Below, in pieces: positions 37,631 to 51,561 of a stretch of 64,000 nucleotides of DNA; within the stretch, counting starts at the first letter, position 1; the number at the start of each line of letters is the position of its first letter. Origin of the DNA: Lama glama (taxonomy: Eukaryota). The translations under genes were made by a program, and so were the position numbers. The stretch spans positions 103,418,001 through 103,482,000 of the forward strand of contig CM052817.1 of assembly GCA_028534125.1 (NCBI GenBank), written 5' to 3'. Below the pieces are notes generated by a model that was not told the origin of the DNA, searched no databases, and was given only the letters and a program-made list of their open reading frames with translations.

Positions 37631-38422
37631 AAAGTCTTCTAAAAAAATCCCTTAATACAGACAACCAGATTTACCTCTAGAAAGTCTGTGCCAATTTTCA
37701 CCCCATCGTCAGATCCTGATGATGTCTGTTTTATCACGCCTCCATCAGTAAATGAACAGTGATCATTTTCTTAAATTCGTTGGCAAATTGCTGACCAAAA
37801 CAATGGTTTCTTCTTTCTTTTTCTTTTTTTTTATTAGTGAGGCTGTACATATAAATTTTTTATTGGCCATTTGTTTTTCATATAATGCTTTTGAAATCCT
37901 TTTGAAGGCAAAACGCCATTCACAGATCCTATTTTCAAGTATTATTATCAGAATCCCAGAAACACTGCTTTCTGCAACATCTTAAAAGGGTTTTGTTTTG
38001 TTTCCTTTCAAGCTATAGCCGGGTAACAGAAGCACTTGGCTTCAACTCCCAGCAGCTCTTCATTATTTAAATGCTGAGGTGGAAAGCTCTCGTGGATATC
38101 TGAGAGTGTGCCAGGAACAGAGGCTTTCTTATCTTCTCCTGAGTGCTAGTCTCTGGTCAGTCTTCACTGCAGCTCACTGAAAGGCTAGGCTGAATAGACT
38201 CCACAGTTTTCTACCATGTAGGATTAAGTGCCACCTCTTTCTTCAAGTTGGAAATAGACATCGGAGGTTAGAAGTGTTGACTGTAATTAATTTTCGAACA
38301 AGGCGGTGGGTATATTTCTTTTCTTATGGCTAGTGGCAGTAAGGGTAGGAAACTGCAGAAATTTCAAACAGGAACAATCCTATTTAGATAGATGAGACCA
38401 TAAAGATCACTTTAGTGAAAAC

Positions 38423-38543
38423 TTTTTTTGGGGTGGAGTGGGGAGGTAATTAGGTTTATTTAATTAATGGGGGTACTGGGGATTGAACCCAGGACCTTGT
38501 GCGTGCTAAGCATGCACTCTACCACTGAGCTATACCCTCCCCC
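38423..38543 (-). mobile_element. tRNA-derived SINE
   Basis: Near-consensus copy; flanked by tagtgaaa on both sides. Confidence 0.9.
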
Positions 38544-39486
38544 ACTAGTGAAACCCTATTTGATTTCCCAAATTTCTCTTCTTGAGGGAACTCTTTCCTG
38601 CTTTTCTTACCCTGAAGTCTATCTAAATTATCACTGACAGATTGGTTCTGCTGTGGACAGCTGTCCAAAACTTGGCCAATCCCAAGCCTTGGGAATCAGA
38701 AAATTCTTTCACCAGGTGGATGGACCTCTAGGCTAATAAAAATTTGGAATGTTTTGGCAGCCAGGTTTTCTGCCATGTGGCTTGGGAAACAGAGAAAGTT
38801 GGTCAGCAAGTAGAGAAAAATGGTGCAAAATATTTCCCTTGTTTCCTTGGGATGCTGTAGGCAACCTGGCTCCTGTTCACTGGCAGGCGTCCCTGCCTCT
38901 TTATAATAAACTCTCTCAAGTTTTCCCTCTTTCTTTCTCTCCCTTTCTCTTTTCCTCCCTCTCCCTACCCCCATCTCCGTCTCCAGCTCTCTTCTTAGTG
39001 CTGGCCAGGGCTGGTTTCCACTGTTTGCAGGCAAGAGAATTCTAAATAACACAACCACCCACATTCTTTTTTTTTTTTTTTAAACCACCCTACCTGAGAA
39101 TGAAGAGCGTGCTGATTATTTTAAACTGGTGAGGAAAGGATGTATTTCCTCCCCTACTGCCCTTACTCCATCTGCTCTCTTTTCTTTAGCAAAACGCTTG
39201 CAAACCATTTACTATTATAGTGTTCTTGTAAATGTAATCAATTTAACTGTAAATGTGATCCATTCAATTAGTAAATGTGATCAATTTAATTGCAGGAAGA
39301 TGTTATTGTATGATTGCCTTGGCTATTCCTCTTACTCAAAAGAATTCGAAATCTTCTAAAGGGCATTCCAATTGATCATTTTTCTAGGTATAATCTCATA
39401 TTAAAGTAAAGGCATGTTTTGAGACATTCTGTTGAAATATTCCCCATTTGGGGTGATGAAAACATTCTGGAATTAGATAGCGGCAA

Positions 39487-39960
39487 TGTCTACTGAAATA
39501 AATGTGCAGCCTTAAAGCTGAGAGTTACGCTTTATTTGGCGGAGGACTCAAGCTGGGATGACAGCCTCTCAGATGGCTCTAAGGGACTGCTCTGAAGAGG
39601 GGAGGAGCCAGGCTATATAGGAGCTTTACAACAAAGACCAGGTAGTTGGAACAATGAAAGATTACTTGTTATCTAAAGAAAAGCAGGCATCTCAAGTTAA
39701 AGAATTTAGTGCTCTTCTATGTATGGGAGGAAGCAAACATTTGGGCTCATTGGATTCATTCCTTTGCCAAGCACCTAGCTACCTAGGGCCAGTATCCTGT
39801 CCTTTCTTAGTCTGAGTCCCCTCAGAGGGCACCACCGTGAGTGGCTGCAGTGGCCAGGCTGCAGGCTTGTCTTCACTGGGGGGTGGTGGCAGCCGCTGAT
39901 GACTTGATGGCTTCAGCATTCTTTGTTTACTGATGTGGTTTGCAGTATTTTTCATTCTCA
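39487..39960 (-). mobile_element. ERV solo LTR inserted in an old L1 3' end
   Basis: Minus-strand AATAAA (~39531) and TATATA (~39614); flanks continue an L1M 3'UTR (ggggtgatgaaaacattctggaattagatag...ccttgtaaacata). Confidence 0.7.
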
Positions 39961-42084
39961 GTAACCTTGTAAACATATATTTTTAATATCACTGAATTAT
40001 CCACTTTAAATGGTGTTATGGTATGTGAATTAAATATCAATAAGAATTAAGAAAAACGAAAACAAACAACAGCAACAATAAAGTTGGCCACAGTGGATAA
40101 TATATGTTTAAGTTAAACATGATGTGCTGTACATTTTAAATATCTTTTCATTTTACTTGTCAATTATACCTCAATAAAACTGAAAAAAATCATGAAATAA
40201 ATAAATAAATTAGAACATGATATAATAAAATTCGTTGATGATATAATACAGAAAAAAAAAATCTCTCCTCAACTACCATGCCAAAATGCCTCTAATTCTA
40301 CTATTGGAGAAACTGATCCAGGTACACAAAACAGCTTGATGCAGAACCAAACGCTCCGGCCTTAGTGATGATGAAAAGACAATGATCATCATAGCTGAGA
40401 CACACTAATTAAGGTCTCACATTTTAAGACTGCCTTTAGATATTCCAATATGTCAACCTCCTAACACAATGCCTAAGTGCTATTGAAATAATAGCTCGCC
40501 TGATGTATTTAGTACCCACTAAAGTGCCTCTTCATACGTGAAAAGGAAACAACCATCTATCTTTGAGCACTTAGCCAGAAACACTACGTACTTATCCACT
40601 TGATGAGAAAGATTACACTCTAAGAGGCCACTGTCCATCCTCCTAGTGGAGGAGCAGCACTGCTCAGCGGACTGGATGAGAACTGCACCTCTAAGTGCAG
40701 GTGTGGTCCCGGGAACTTACAACCAGGTCGCTCAGCTGTCGTGAAGCCAGTCAGTTCCGTCTGTGGGACAGCTTACAGTCCCGAATGCAACACAAGATGC
40801 AACCAGGGTATGCATGGAGCAAGGAGGAGGGAAAAGGGCTGAGCCCGAAGACGGCAGAAAGCCCCACACCTCCCCAGATCCCTACAAAATTCTACAGTCC
40901 GCAAACACCTGGTATAAATTGGGTTCTTGCAGAAATCAGTGAGGGGAGAAAGGCCGGGAGGCCCCAGCTAACACTTGGGTTCCTACTGAAAGCCTCCTCT
41001 CCTCCAGCTGGCCCTCTCTTCCTGACCTTTGGAGGCGGGCATGGTGAACAGGTGATGGACCATGTCCTCAGTCACTCTGACCAGCCTCCACTTAATCTCT
41101 CTGCTTCTGTCTTACAAAACTGTGTTATCGACAAAGGGCAGGACCTCAAATTCTAGATGTCTGACTGCTTAGCAGCACAGAAACAAAGTTGCGAGGCAGG
41201 TGTGAGAAGTCTCATCCCATCTCAGGAGAAATGAATTGAAGTATCATTATGTGATTTGCCAAAACCACACTCTGAATTTAGCATTAGTGCCATCTGAGTT
41301 TCTGCCAAGGAAAAATATCCAATCAGGGTGATTGAGCAAAGTGCTTTTCGCCTGCTATGATCGTGCTGAACTTAATCAAAAAGCATTTGCAAAGGACTTA
41401 ATGATGTGCGTTGCTGTGCTGGATACACACAGAAAGATCCCCGTGCCCCTGGCCCCTCTCCAGCAGTTCACAGGAAAGAGAAGTGGGAAGGGCGAGGGGG
41501 AGACAGGAAGGAAGCAACAGGTCACAAGTTCCTCATTTGTGCCCAGTCCCATGTCGAGATTTCACATGTGATTTGATCCTTACGGCACCTTATGAGACAA
41601 TATTATTTTGTCCGTTTTAGAGATGAGGAAAGTAAGGCTCTGAGGGAAAGTTGTAGAACTGGATTTCAAGCTGTGTTTTCTGACTCCCAGGCTCTTTCCT
41701 TGACACCGCAGTGCCTCTGAGAGGAGGGCAGACAGGCTGATGTGAGAAGTGTCCTCAGAGGAAAAGGACCCCTTAAATCAAGGAGACAGTGTCCCAGCAT
41801 TTGGGGATTGAAGGCAGAAATGATGTATGGAATATAATTTGGAATCAAAGGAAGTATGTTTTGTAGACATCCTGAAAGAGACTTCTTTACTCACACATGA
41901 AAATTTGAGGCAAAAATGCTTTGCTTAATCTCTAAGTCTTGGGGTACAGCATGGTGGGGGAGGTGCCTGGGAAGTGGCTGCCCCTTCCCCACACTTGCAG
42001 GCTATTAGGAGATTCCAAAATTGCCCTTGGGATTTAACTCTTCTGGGCAGTGAATCTGCCACAGACCCAGGGGATTCTAAGAGT

Positions 42085-42622
42085 AGGAATGCAGGGCGTG
42101 GGCAGGATCCGCAGAAACCTGTCCAGGCGAGGTGGAGTGGAAAGCAAACTAACAAACTGGCTTCCCTGATGCTAAACCTGGTTGCTGATTCATTCGGACT
42201 GAGAAGTCCTGAAGCTTGCTTTTACTGCCTTACAGACTCTTCCCTTATGCTCTCCCCTCCTATACATGCTTTACTGAGAATACCTTTAATCCAGAGGCTA
42301 TGCTCCAGGAAGGAGGTAATGGACCGATAACTTAAGAAGAATGGACAGACCCTCCAGAGTTCCTCCGTGACACCAGGAGGATTCATTAAGGTTAAGAGGA
42401 GTGGAACACCCTGACTGTTATCACCTTTCCTGTTCCCTCCAGTTTTTCTATTAATCTTCAAGACCACAACCCCAAGAGGGATTCACAGTCTCTAAGGCAT
42501 TAGCCACTGTAACTCCCCTTTGCCTGGCAAAGCAATAAAGCTGTTCTTTTCTGATTCTCCCAAAACTCTGCCTCTGAGTCTTAATCTGGTTTTCCGGGTA
42601 TAGAGGCCAGTTTTGTGGCAAC
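42085..42622 (+). mobile_element. ERV solo LTR
   Basis: gcaataaagctgttcttttct...ggccagttttgtggcaaca 3' end typical of ERV1 LTR R/U5; 5' boundary uncertain. Confidence 0.7.
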
Positions 42623-45019
42623 ACAGGAAATGGCTGCTGCTGGTGGCCCATTGCAGGAGGCCAGTTCAGGACCCTGTCACCATGCAGCTGGCCTCTCCCC
42701 ACTGTTTTTCTGTACCTCTGCTCACCTGCCACCAGCATTCTTTTCTGTAATTCCACCATCCCTCTCTCTCCTCCTCCTCCTCCCCACATCTCTCTTTCTA
42801 TCCCATCCTTCCTGAGCCTATGTATTCCCACCCCCCCACCTTCCACCGGCATCCTGTTTTTACACCTTCTCCCTCATTTCTCTATGAGTTCAATTTAACC
42901 ACCACTTGTTGCATGGTCAGTTCTGGGTTGGGTGTGTGGATTACACTTTACAGCATCTGAAGTTTAGGCAGGGGTCGGGGTGGCGAGGATTAGGCATAAC
43001 CCTGAAACTCTTGGTGATTATAGAATATTATTATATTTGGAAGTCAGACCCCAAAATGGGGTGAACTGGGATCTAAAGAGATGAGAAAAGCTTTCATCTT
43101 TTTAACCTTCTACACTCTAAATGTCTGCCTTAAACGTTGCTAATTTCTCACTCACTAAAGGATAAGGGTCGATTTAAAATATGTTAAAAAGTATGAGAAA
43201 AGGATAGAAATTCAGGCTGGTTACTTTCAAGTGGCTGGAGGAAAGCTGAGGTTAGGAAAAGAAGAGGCACCATCGGTCAAGGAGCATTAAGGAACAGGGG
43301 AGCATCAGTGCGTCTTCCTCCCCAGCTGGACCCTGATCAGGGCTGAGGAAGCCCTCGCTCTACCACTGCCCTTGTCTGCAGGCCTGGAGGACTCCTCCCC
43401 ATGTTCTCATTAATATTTATTCTCCTTATTTCTTTATTCTTCTTAATTTCTTCAGCTATAATTTCCCATCTTTGATTCAGTACATTTAATTCAAACCGTG
43501 TTTCAGGCATGCAGACTATGAGGTGGGTTTTAAGTCATTTTCCCCCCATTTTATTTGTCTTGGCTACTTTGCAATGATGCATAGAGAGACAACTTCATCT
43601 TTTAAATATATATTCTATTTATGTTGTTGGATATTTATGTCTAAACCTTTCCAAATTTATGTCTGCTAGACTTACAAAGCATAATTCTTTTTCAAGCTAT
43701 TTTTTATGGTAAAAATAACAGAACTGTTACAGAAAATGCACCAAGAGGCACAGGTGTATTTAAAGAAGGAAGTAGACAAATGTTCCTTTATTGCATTGTT
43801 TGAAATATCAAATAACTGAAATCAAGCTAAGTATCCATTATTTGAGGACATTATTATTTGAGGATATATGTTACTTGGGGATATATATATAAGGACTCAT
43901 GTTATTTAAGTTAAATAAACTTTGATATTCATAATTAGAATCCTATTCAACAATTTTAAAAAAATGAAGTGCATCTATATATATTATCCAAAAAAACTCA
44001 GCTCTACAACATAGAAAAAATAATTACAATATAATTTTATTTATGAAAAATGTATGTGTAATAGAAAAACCAAATGCAAATGTATGTTATAAAGGTATAC
44101 AGAAAAATGTCTGCAAGAATACACAAGCCAAACTGTTTATGGTATAGTCATGAATTACCTGTTTAATTAAATGTTTAAAAATTAAGTGTATCCCCTCCCA
44201 ACAAAAAAAAAAGAAAAAAAGAAGCTAAAAAACTATATTAAAAAAATTAAAAGTGTAAACAGAAACAAAAAGAAAAAGAAAAAAGAAAATAAAGAAGAAA
44301 AACCAAAAAATGGAAAAAAGGAAAAAGAAAAAACAACAACAATAGCAAAATTAAGTGTAAACATTTCAAAGTGTGGAAAAATTTAACCTGGAAAGAAAAC
44401 ATTCTTCAACATCCTCAGTCCTACTCAGCAGAGGTAATCATGCTGGAAACATATATATATATATATATATGACTACAAATTAAAAAATTTTAACTTAGCC
44501 ATATCATTCTGTAGCACATAAAGATCAGCACATACAGATCAACCCCTATGCTTTTTAATGGTAAGTTTCATTGGTGCCATATTTTATTTATAGTCGTCTA
44601 CTGATGATGTTCAATTGTTATTGTATTTAATGGAGAGGAGTTTAGAAGCAATGTTCCAACAAATGTCCACAAACAAATATCTTTCTCTTTTCTAGTATAA
44701 CAGTAGGAAATAGTCCTAGAGTCAAAAGATGAATATTTAGACACAACACTGTAAAATGATTATAAATCAATAAAAAGTGTTATATTGTTAAAACAAAACA
44801 AACAAACAAAAAAAGATGAATATTTAAAAGTAGGATAAATTTTGATTCTGCAGGCTAGAAAGATTTGGCCAAATTGTTCTCGGAATGGTGCAATATTTCA
44901 CATCATTCTAACCCTCTCTAACAGTGTGTGATCTCACCCATACTTTTCATCTTTGTCAATCTGATAAAAAAAATGGCCTCTTTTGTTGTTTTAATTTGCA
45001 TTTTAAAATTTATGGGTGT

Positions 45020-45155
45020 GGGAGGGAGGGTGTAGCTCACTGGTACAATTCATGCTTAGCATGCACGTGGTCCTGGGTTCAATCTCCAGTACCTTCATTA
45101 AAATGAAACAAATAAATTAATTAAATAAACCTAATTATCTCCCCCCAAGAAAAAA
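45020..45155 (+). mobile_element. tRNA-derived SINE
   Basis: gggagggtgtagctcactggtac...ggtcctgggttcaatctccagtacc. Confidence 0.85.
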
Positions 45156-45697
45156 TTAGCTCTTTATCATGTGAGTTAGAATCATGCAATGATTCATGAT
45201 TACACAGTGAGCAGTTTTGTGTGTGTATTCCAGACTTTTTAAACTATATTTTTATTGTGATAACATATTTCTAACATGTCATTTGCCATGTTCCTCATTT
45301 TTAAGTTTACAATTCAGTGGCATTAACTACTTTTGCAATGCTATGCAGCCATCACCATTATTTATTTCCCAAATTTTTCATTTCCCCAAACAAAAATCTT
45401 TACCCATTAAACAATAAATAATTCCTCACTTCCTCCTTTCCCTAGGCCCTTTGTAACCTCTAATCTACTTTCTGTCTCTGTAAACTTGCCTGTTCTAGAT
45501 GTCTTGTGTAAGTGGAATCATATAATACTTGTCCTTTGGTATCTGGCTTATTTCACTTAGCATAGTATTTTCAAGGTTCATCCATGTTGTAGCATGTATC
45601 AGAACATCATTCCTTTTGATGGCTGGATAATATTCCATTGTGTGTAAGGACCACATTTTACTTATCCAAGTCATCTGTTGATGGACACTTGGGTTGT

Positions 45698-46256
45698 GAG
45701 TGAGGGGAGGTGCTGGAAGAGAGAGGTCTGGCCTTCACAACCCCACTCCTGCAGAGATAGCCTAGTGTCCCTGAGATACCTGAAGGGTTCAGGCCAGGTG
45801 GCAGGGGCTGGACTGGCATGGGAATTGTGAGAAATGGAACTGTGAACAGAGGACTTGGTGGGTGTTTGCGCATGGTATGACTGCCCTGTGTTTATCCCCA
45901 TGCACCTGAGAGGAACAGCTCAGCTCTGAAACTCTTGGTTCCTATCTGTTTACATTTGTGGTGTTTTCAGAGTCTCATCTGCCAATGGTCTTAATTTCAG
46001 TGGCAAGAAATTGTAATTCCAGCTGAAAATTACAGGCGATTTAAGTTACCCGACTCCCTTCATGTGTAATATCTATCCTATGTGTACATATACAGTTTAA
46101 ATATATATGTAAGTGCACATATAATCATTATTTGCCTTTAACCAGACTACTATTATTTCTTTTCATCCTATTTAATGATGTTTATATTTCCTATCCATAA
46201 TTCCAAAATAAACATGGAGAACTGCAAAAAAAGAAAGAAAGAAAAAGAAAAAGGAA
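45698..46256 (+). pseudogene. Probable retroposed mRNA 3'UTR fragment (parent not identified)
   Basis: Non-L1 sequence splitting the L1 motif cacttgggttgt/ttccaccttt; AATAAA at 46207-46212 and an A-rich tail from 46226. Confidence 0.65.
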
Positions 46257-46268
46257 TGTTCCACCTTT

Positions 46269-46398
46269 GTTTGTTTGTTTTGAGGGGAGGTAATTAGGTT
46301 TACTTATTTATTTATTTTTTAGTGGAGCTACTGGGGATTGAATCCAGGACCCCGTGCGTGCTAAGCACACTCTACCACTGAGCTGGACCCTCCCCCCT
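46269..46398 (-). mobile_element. tRNA-derived SINE
   Basis: TSD ccaccttt at 46261-46268 and 46399-46406. Confidence 0.88.
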
Positions 46399-47816
46399 CC
46401 ACCTTTTGACTATTGTGAACAATGCTGCAAGGGACATTGTCAGACAAGCACCTGTCTGAGCGCCTGCTTTCAATCTGCTTGGCTGTATACCTAGAAGTGT
46501 AACTGCTGAGTCATGGCAATTCTGTTTAGCTTTTTGAGGAACTGTCAAACTGTTGTCAGCTACATAGCTTTACATTTCTACCAGCAATGTATGGAGATTC
46601 CAGTTTTCCCATATTGTTGCCAATATTTGAGATTTTCCATTTTTCAGAGTATAGTAGGAGTGACATGGTATTTCACTGTGGTTTTGATTTACCGCTGATG
46701 ACTAATGATGTTGAGCACTTTTTCGTGTGTTTGTTGGCTGTTTGTATATCTTCTTCGGAGAAATGTCTGTTGAAGTCCTTCACCCATTTTTTATTTGGGT
46801 TTTTGGGTGTGTGTGATTTTTGTTTTTGTTTTTTTGTTTTCTGCTGTTGTTGAGTTGTAGGAGTTCTTTATTTATTCTGGATATTAAACCCTTATCAGAT
46901 ATATGAGTGTCAAATATCTCTCATTCTGTGGATTGTCTTTTCACTTTCTTGATAGCACCTTTTGATGCACAGAAATTTTTCATTTTAATGAAGTCCAATT
47001 GATCTTTTTTTGTTTGTGTTTTTGGTGTCATATTTAAAAGAACAACTGCCAAATGCAGAATCATGCAGATTTGACTCTATATTTTCTTCCAAAAGTTTTA
47101 CAATTTTACCCCTTAAATTTAGATTTTAATCCATTTTGAGTAATTTCTTAATATGGTGTGGATATTCAGTTTTCCCAGCACAATGTGTTGAAGAGACCAT
47201 TCTTTCATTGAATGATCCTGGCATCCTTGTAGAAAATCAAATTAGAGATGTGTGGGTTTATTTCTGGGATTTCAGTTTTATTCTACTGGTCTATATGTCT
47301 AGCCTTATGCTAGCATCACACTGTTTTGATTACTACAGTTTTGTAGCAAGTTTTGAAATCAGGAAGGATGAGTCTTCCAAATTTGTTCTTTTTCAAGACT
47401 ATTTAGTCTATGCTGGGTCTCTTGAAGTTCCATATGATTTTTAGGATAAGTTTTTCCATTTCTGAAAAAAATATTGTCAGGATTTAGTGACTGAATTGAA
47501 AGTATTTATCACTTTGGATAATATTATCATCTCAACAGTATTCTTGCAGTCAATGAACATGGGATGTCTTTCCATTTATTTAGGTCTTTAATTCTTTCCA
47601 GCAATGTTCTTTAGTTTTCAGTGACAAGTCTTGCAGCTCCTTGGTTAATTTTATTTCTAAGTATTTTGTTCTTTTTGATGCTAGTGTAAATGGAATTATT
47701 TTAACAATTTCTTTTATTTTGGAGTGTTTGTTGCCAGTATATAGAAATGGAACTAATTTTTGTGAGCCAATTGTGTATCCTGAAACTTCGCTGAATTTGT
47801 TTCTTAGCTCTAATGG

Positions 47817-47910
47817 TGGGGGATGGGATATAGCTCAGTGTAGAGTGGGTGTTTGGCGTGCATGAGGTCCTGGGTTCCTGGGATCAATCCTCCACTGAAA
47901 AAAAGAAAAC
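47817..47910 (+). mobile_element. tRNA-derived SINE (degenerate)
   Basis: ggatatagctcagtgtagagtg...gaggtcctgggttc; flanked by agctctaa on both sides. Confidence 0.8.
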
Positions 47911-50900
47911 AAGCTCTAAAGGTGTTTTTTGTGGACTCCCTAAGGTTTTCTAGATGTAATACCATGTTTTCTGTGAGTAGAGCTAGTTTTACTACTTTCT
48001 TCCCTATCTGAATGCCTTTTATTCCTTTTCCTTAATTAATTTCTCAAGCTCTGTATACTTTCATAGCATATATTTGCATATCAAAAAAAATTTTGTATTA
48101 TATGTGTACTCTTTCCTCATGAAAAAAATTTATAGCATGATGATTATTTTGCAACCTGCTTTTATGACACACCAGATTATAGAGCTGCTTTTTTTGGCCA
48201 ACATATACAGATCGATCTCATTTTATAAATTGTTGGATAGTACCCTAGTTATAGACACCAAAGTTTATTTACCTATTCCACAAATAGTAGATATTTAGGT
48301 TATTTCTAGTTATTTGGAATTTGGCATTTATATTTTAACTTAACACTGTCTTTTTTTTTCCCCCATGCAGAAGTTTCAAATTTTTATGTAGTCAAATTCA
48401 TTATACTTTTTTTCTCTGGTGCTTCTGGGTTTGGGGTTATGCATGGAAAGTCTTTCTTTACTGCAAGACTATATTAAAATGTTCTTTTTTCTAGAATGTG
48501 TGGTAATTTTTTTTTTATGTTTAAATCTTTAAACCTCTAGGAATTTATTTTGGCTTAAAAATGTGAGAGCAATCCAGTTTCATTTTCTTCTAAATGTCTG
48601 TCTGGTTTTACCAACATCATTCACTAAATAATCCATCAACCAGGGAGTACTTATATAAAAGAAATATAAAGTTCAAGTTGGAAAAGTACTAGGACATTTC
48701 TACTCCTAGAAGGGCTATATAGACAAAGGCTTGCATTCAGTGCATTCAAGGGCAAGTCTCCTGAGTGCAGGTGAAACTTATCGCCCGGAACTGAATTAAA
48801 GCCAGATTAGGGAGCTACTCTTCAGCCTAGAGTGGGAGACTATGGCTTCTAATTTGAGTGCCTTGCTCCTTCCTTTTATTCCAAATATCCCTCCCTTCCT
48901 ACTTTTTTTTCTGTGAAATACAACTCGGTCACCACCTCATCCATAATGAAATATTTCTTTATTCTCCAAAAGTTTCTGTGTTTTCTCCTGCTGTACTTCA
49001 AGCACACATCAGAACATCCAGGAACACTTTTCAACTGTCAGCTCCGAGAATCAGAAGCTGAAAATATGAAAGGTTTGACAGGAGATACTGGAGAATTGGG
49101 CTCATACTGGAGAATTGGGCTCATGCTGGAGACCAGAACACTGTATTAGAGCATAAGTAGGAGAAAGCTGGGGTCTAATGGGCATATGTGAGTATAATGT
49201 ACTCAGTCCATGTAGAAATTAAGCCAAAATACAAATCTGAGAGCAGCATTTACAAAGACTAGCCAGGAAGCAAGGAATAGAAACAGCAAACATAGGACTT
49301 ACTGATTTTTTAGTTTCCCGTGGTGGCTATCATTGCCCCACATTGGAAATTTTAGTTATTATCAATTGATGAATGAGTGAGGGAGTGCTGAACATGAAGT
49401 CAGACTCCAGTTTCCCTGTGATTAGCAGGTGATCTTGGGAAAGTCATTCAAATGCTCTTACCGATTTTCTTCATTATAGAATGCAAGCAATAATATTGCA
49501 CAGCCCCACTTCTGCGGATTGTCATTAGGACCAAAATAGACATGTTGTTTCAAAATGTGTAAAGGCGTTCCAGAAATTGACACAACATTGTAAACTGACA
49601 ATACTTCAATAAAAAAGAATGCAAAAAAAATGTGTAAAGGCTTCATAAGTTGTCATGTTCACATCAATGTTGCACCTAGGATCCTTCTTAGAGAGAGGCA
49701 GGGTATGCATATGTCCATGTACAAATTTACAGATTCTTTCTTTTCATCTTCTGTTTTTTCTCCTTTTTAACATTCTAAGTAATTTAATTTTCATTTATTT
49801 TAAAGGATAAATTCATCTCTAGCTTATACTAACAAAGATGCTATAAACAGCAAGTCACACATCTTGGTCTATCTCACCTCTGCTCAAACAACCTCAGAGA
49901 CTGAAGATGCAAGCTTTTCTAAATATTGGAAAATCAAAATAATCATTTTGTAAGTTATTGGCAGACACTTTCAAATGTGTTTTATACCTCAGCACATAGA
50001 ATTGGAATTGTGTTTCAGAAGAAAAATGTTACTTCTTAAATGTCTAGAACTTGATTAAATGAGATGTCACTGCAGAAAGCTGAAAGCCCCATCTTCTGGT
50101 TATTTCTGAAATAAGGAAATCCTCCGTGGAAATGCTAAGAGTAACCTGGCTGCATTGCAGAGCCAGGGACTTAGCATTAGAGTAGAATCAAGAAGGGGCA
50201 GAAATCTGATGAGACTAGCTCTCAAATTACTAAGCAGTAGTCTTGATTTCCATGAAGTTTACAAAATTCATTTCATCCTGAGTTTCTGTAAATTTTTTTT
50301 TTCTAAACTTTCAGAGAAATTTTGGTTTTGGTCTAAAACTTCACATGTTTGGTATCTATCCAAGGACAAATTATTTTTGGAAGTTGTAGCAAATTTGTTC
50401 TCCCACTCCCGAATTAGTCAGTGAAACCAAAATAAAATTTTTCTGCCTTCAAAAACAAGTGCGTTTTTTAAATGTCAGGAACAAGAACTCCTGGAGAACA
50501 CAAATCAATAACATGGAGGAAGTGCTGGATAATAAGTCTCAAATTTTGTGGATTCTGAGGAGCTCTGATAGACCTTTTTAGCCAAATTTGAAATGTTTGG
50601 TTACATTTGGACTCTATTTGGTTACAACTGGATTCTATTTGTGTCTGATAGACACAAACATTTCTAGAACAAATAAATGGAAACTGGAATATTTCTAATT
50701 GCTTGCAATATCCTTAAATTTCTTTCTAGAAAAAACTTTCTAGAAAAAGTACACAGACCAAAAATAATTTGATGCACTAAAATAACTGTTGACTTACTTT
50801 TTTTGACTATTCATTAAAAGGGAAATTTTCAGTGACACATCTCTGGATATCTGAGAGAGACTTAGCTATAAAGCATTCCAAAGACAGAATTTGAAATATG

Positions 50901-51076
50901 TGCATTCCTGATAGAGGTACAGGGAAACTTAAGAGAATTGTAAAAAGATCTAGCTTGGACCAATTCAATCTAAAATTTGATTAAAAGGGCAAGTTAAAAT
51001 CAGTATCAGTAGATAAAGAGATCCCACTTTAAAGTCAATATTAAATATTAGACACCTATTGTTTGCATGATACATA

Positions 51077-51561
51077 TGTTAGGCTGAACAATATATAAAA
51101 TAAAATATATATTTTATGACAAGACAAGAAAAATTAAAAAAATTTTCTCTGCCTTTGGCCTCCTCTCTCTCCTCTACTGTCCACTGTGTATCTGCATTAC
51201 GCATTGACCAAACCTCCCCTTTGGCAGAAATACCTCCTTTACCATAAGAGCAACATTCTCATAGCACCAACAAGATAACTCCTTAAAGGATAACATTCTT
51301 TCTTAATCTTGTAAGAAACCATTATGACCCATGATGCTCTCTTGGTACACATAGACCTGGATTGTGTAAACTGTCAATAATACACGATTTACTGTACAGC
51401 CCTCTGTCTTAAAACCTTACATAACTATGCTTTGACCTCTAGTGGGTGGGACAGTTCTCAGAACTTTCTGAGACATTGTTCCCAGGTTATAATCCTCAAG
51501 TTGGCCTGAGTTAAAATTTTCCATTTCTTTCTTAGATCGACTGATTAATTTTTCATCAACA
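51077..51561 (+). mobile_element. ERV solo LTR
   Basis: TGTT...AACA termini; ccttacataac TATA-like motif and ttaaaattttccatttcttt 3' region. Confidence 0.7.

Larger units (their letters stand above)
45245..48050 (-). mobile_element. Long antisense L1M fragment (3'UTR into ORF2) with nested insertions
   Basis: catgttgtagcatgtatcagaac...gagaaatgtctgttgaagtcc...ccagcacaatgtgttgaagagacc; interrupted at 45698-46256, 46269-46398 and 47817-47910. Confidence 0.88.

Noticed and set aside
44186..44386. Lys-rich ORF
   Set aside because: Translation of a decayed poly(A) tail.
50440..51000. Possible ancient CR1/L3 or coding remnant
   Set aside because: I could not recover a convincing motif or exon boundaries.
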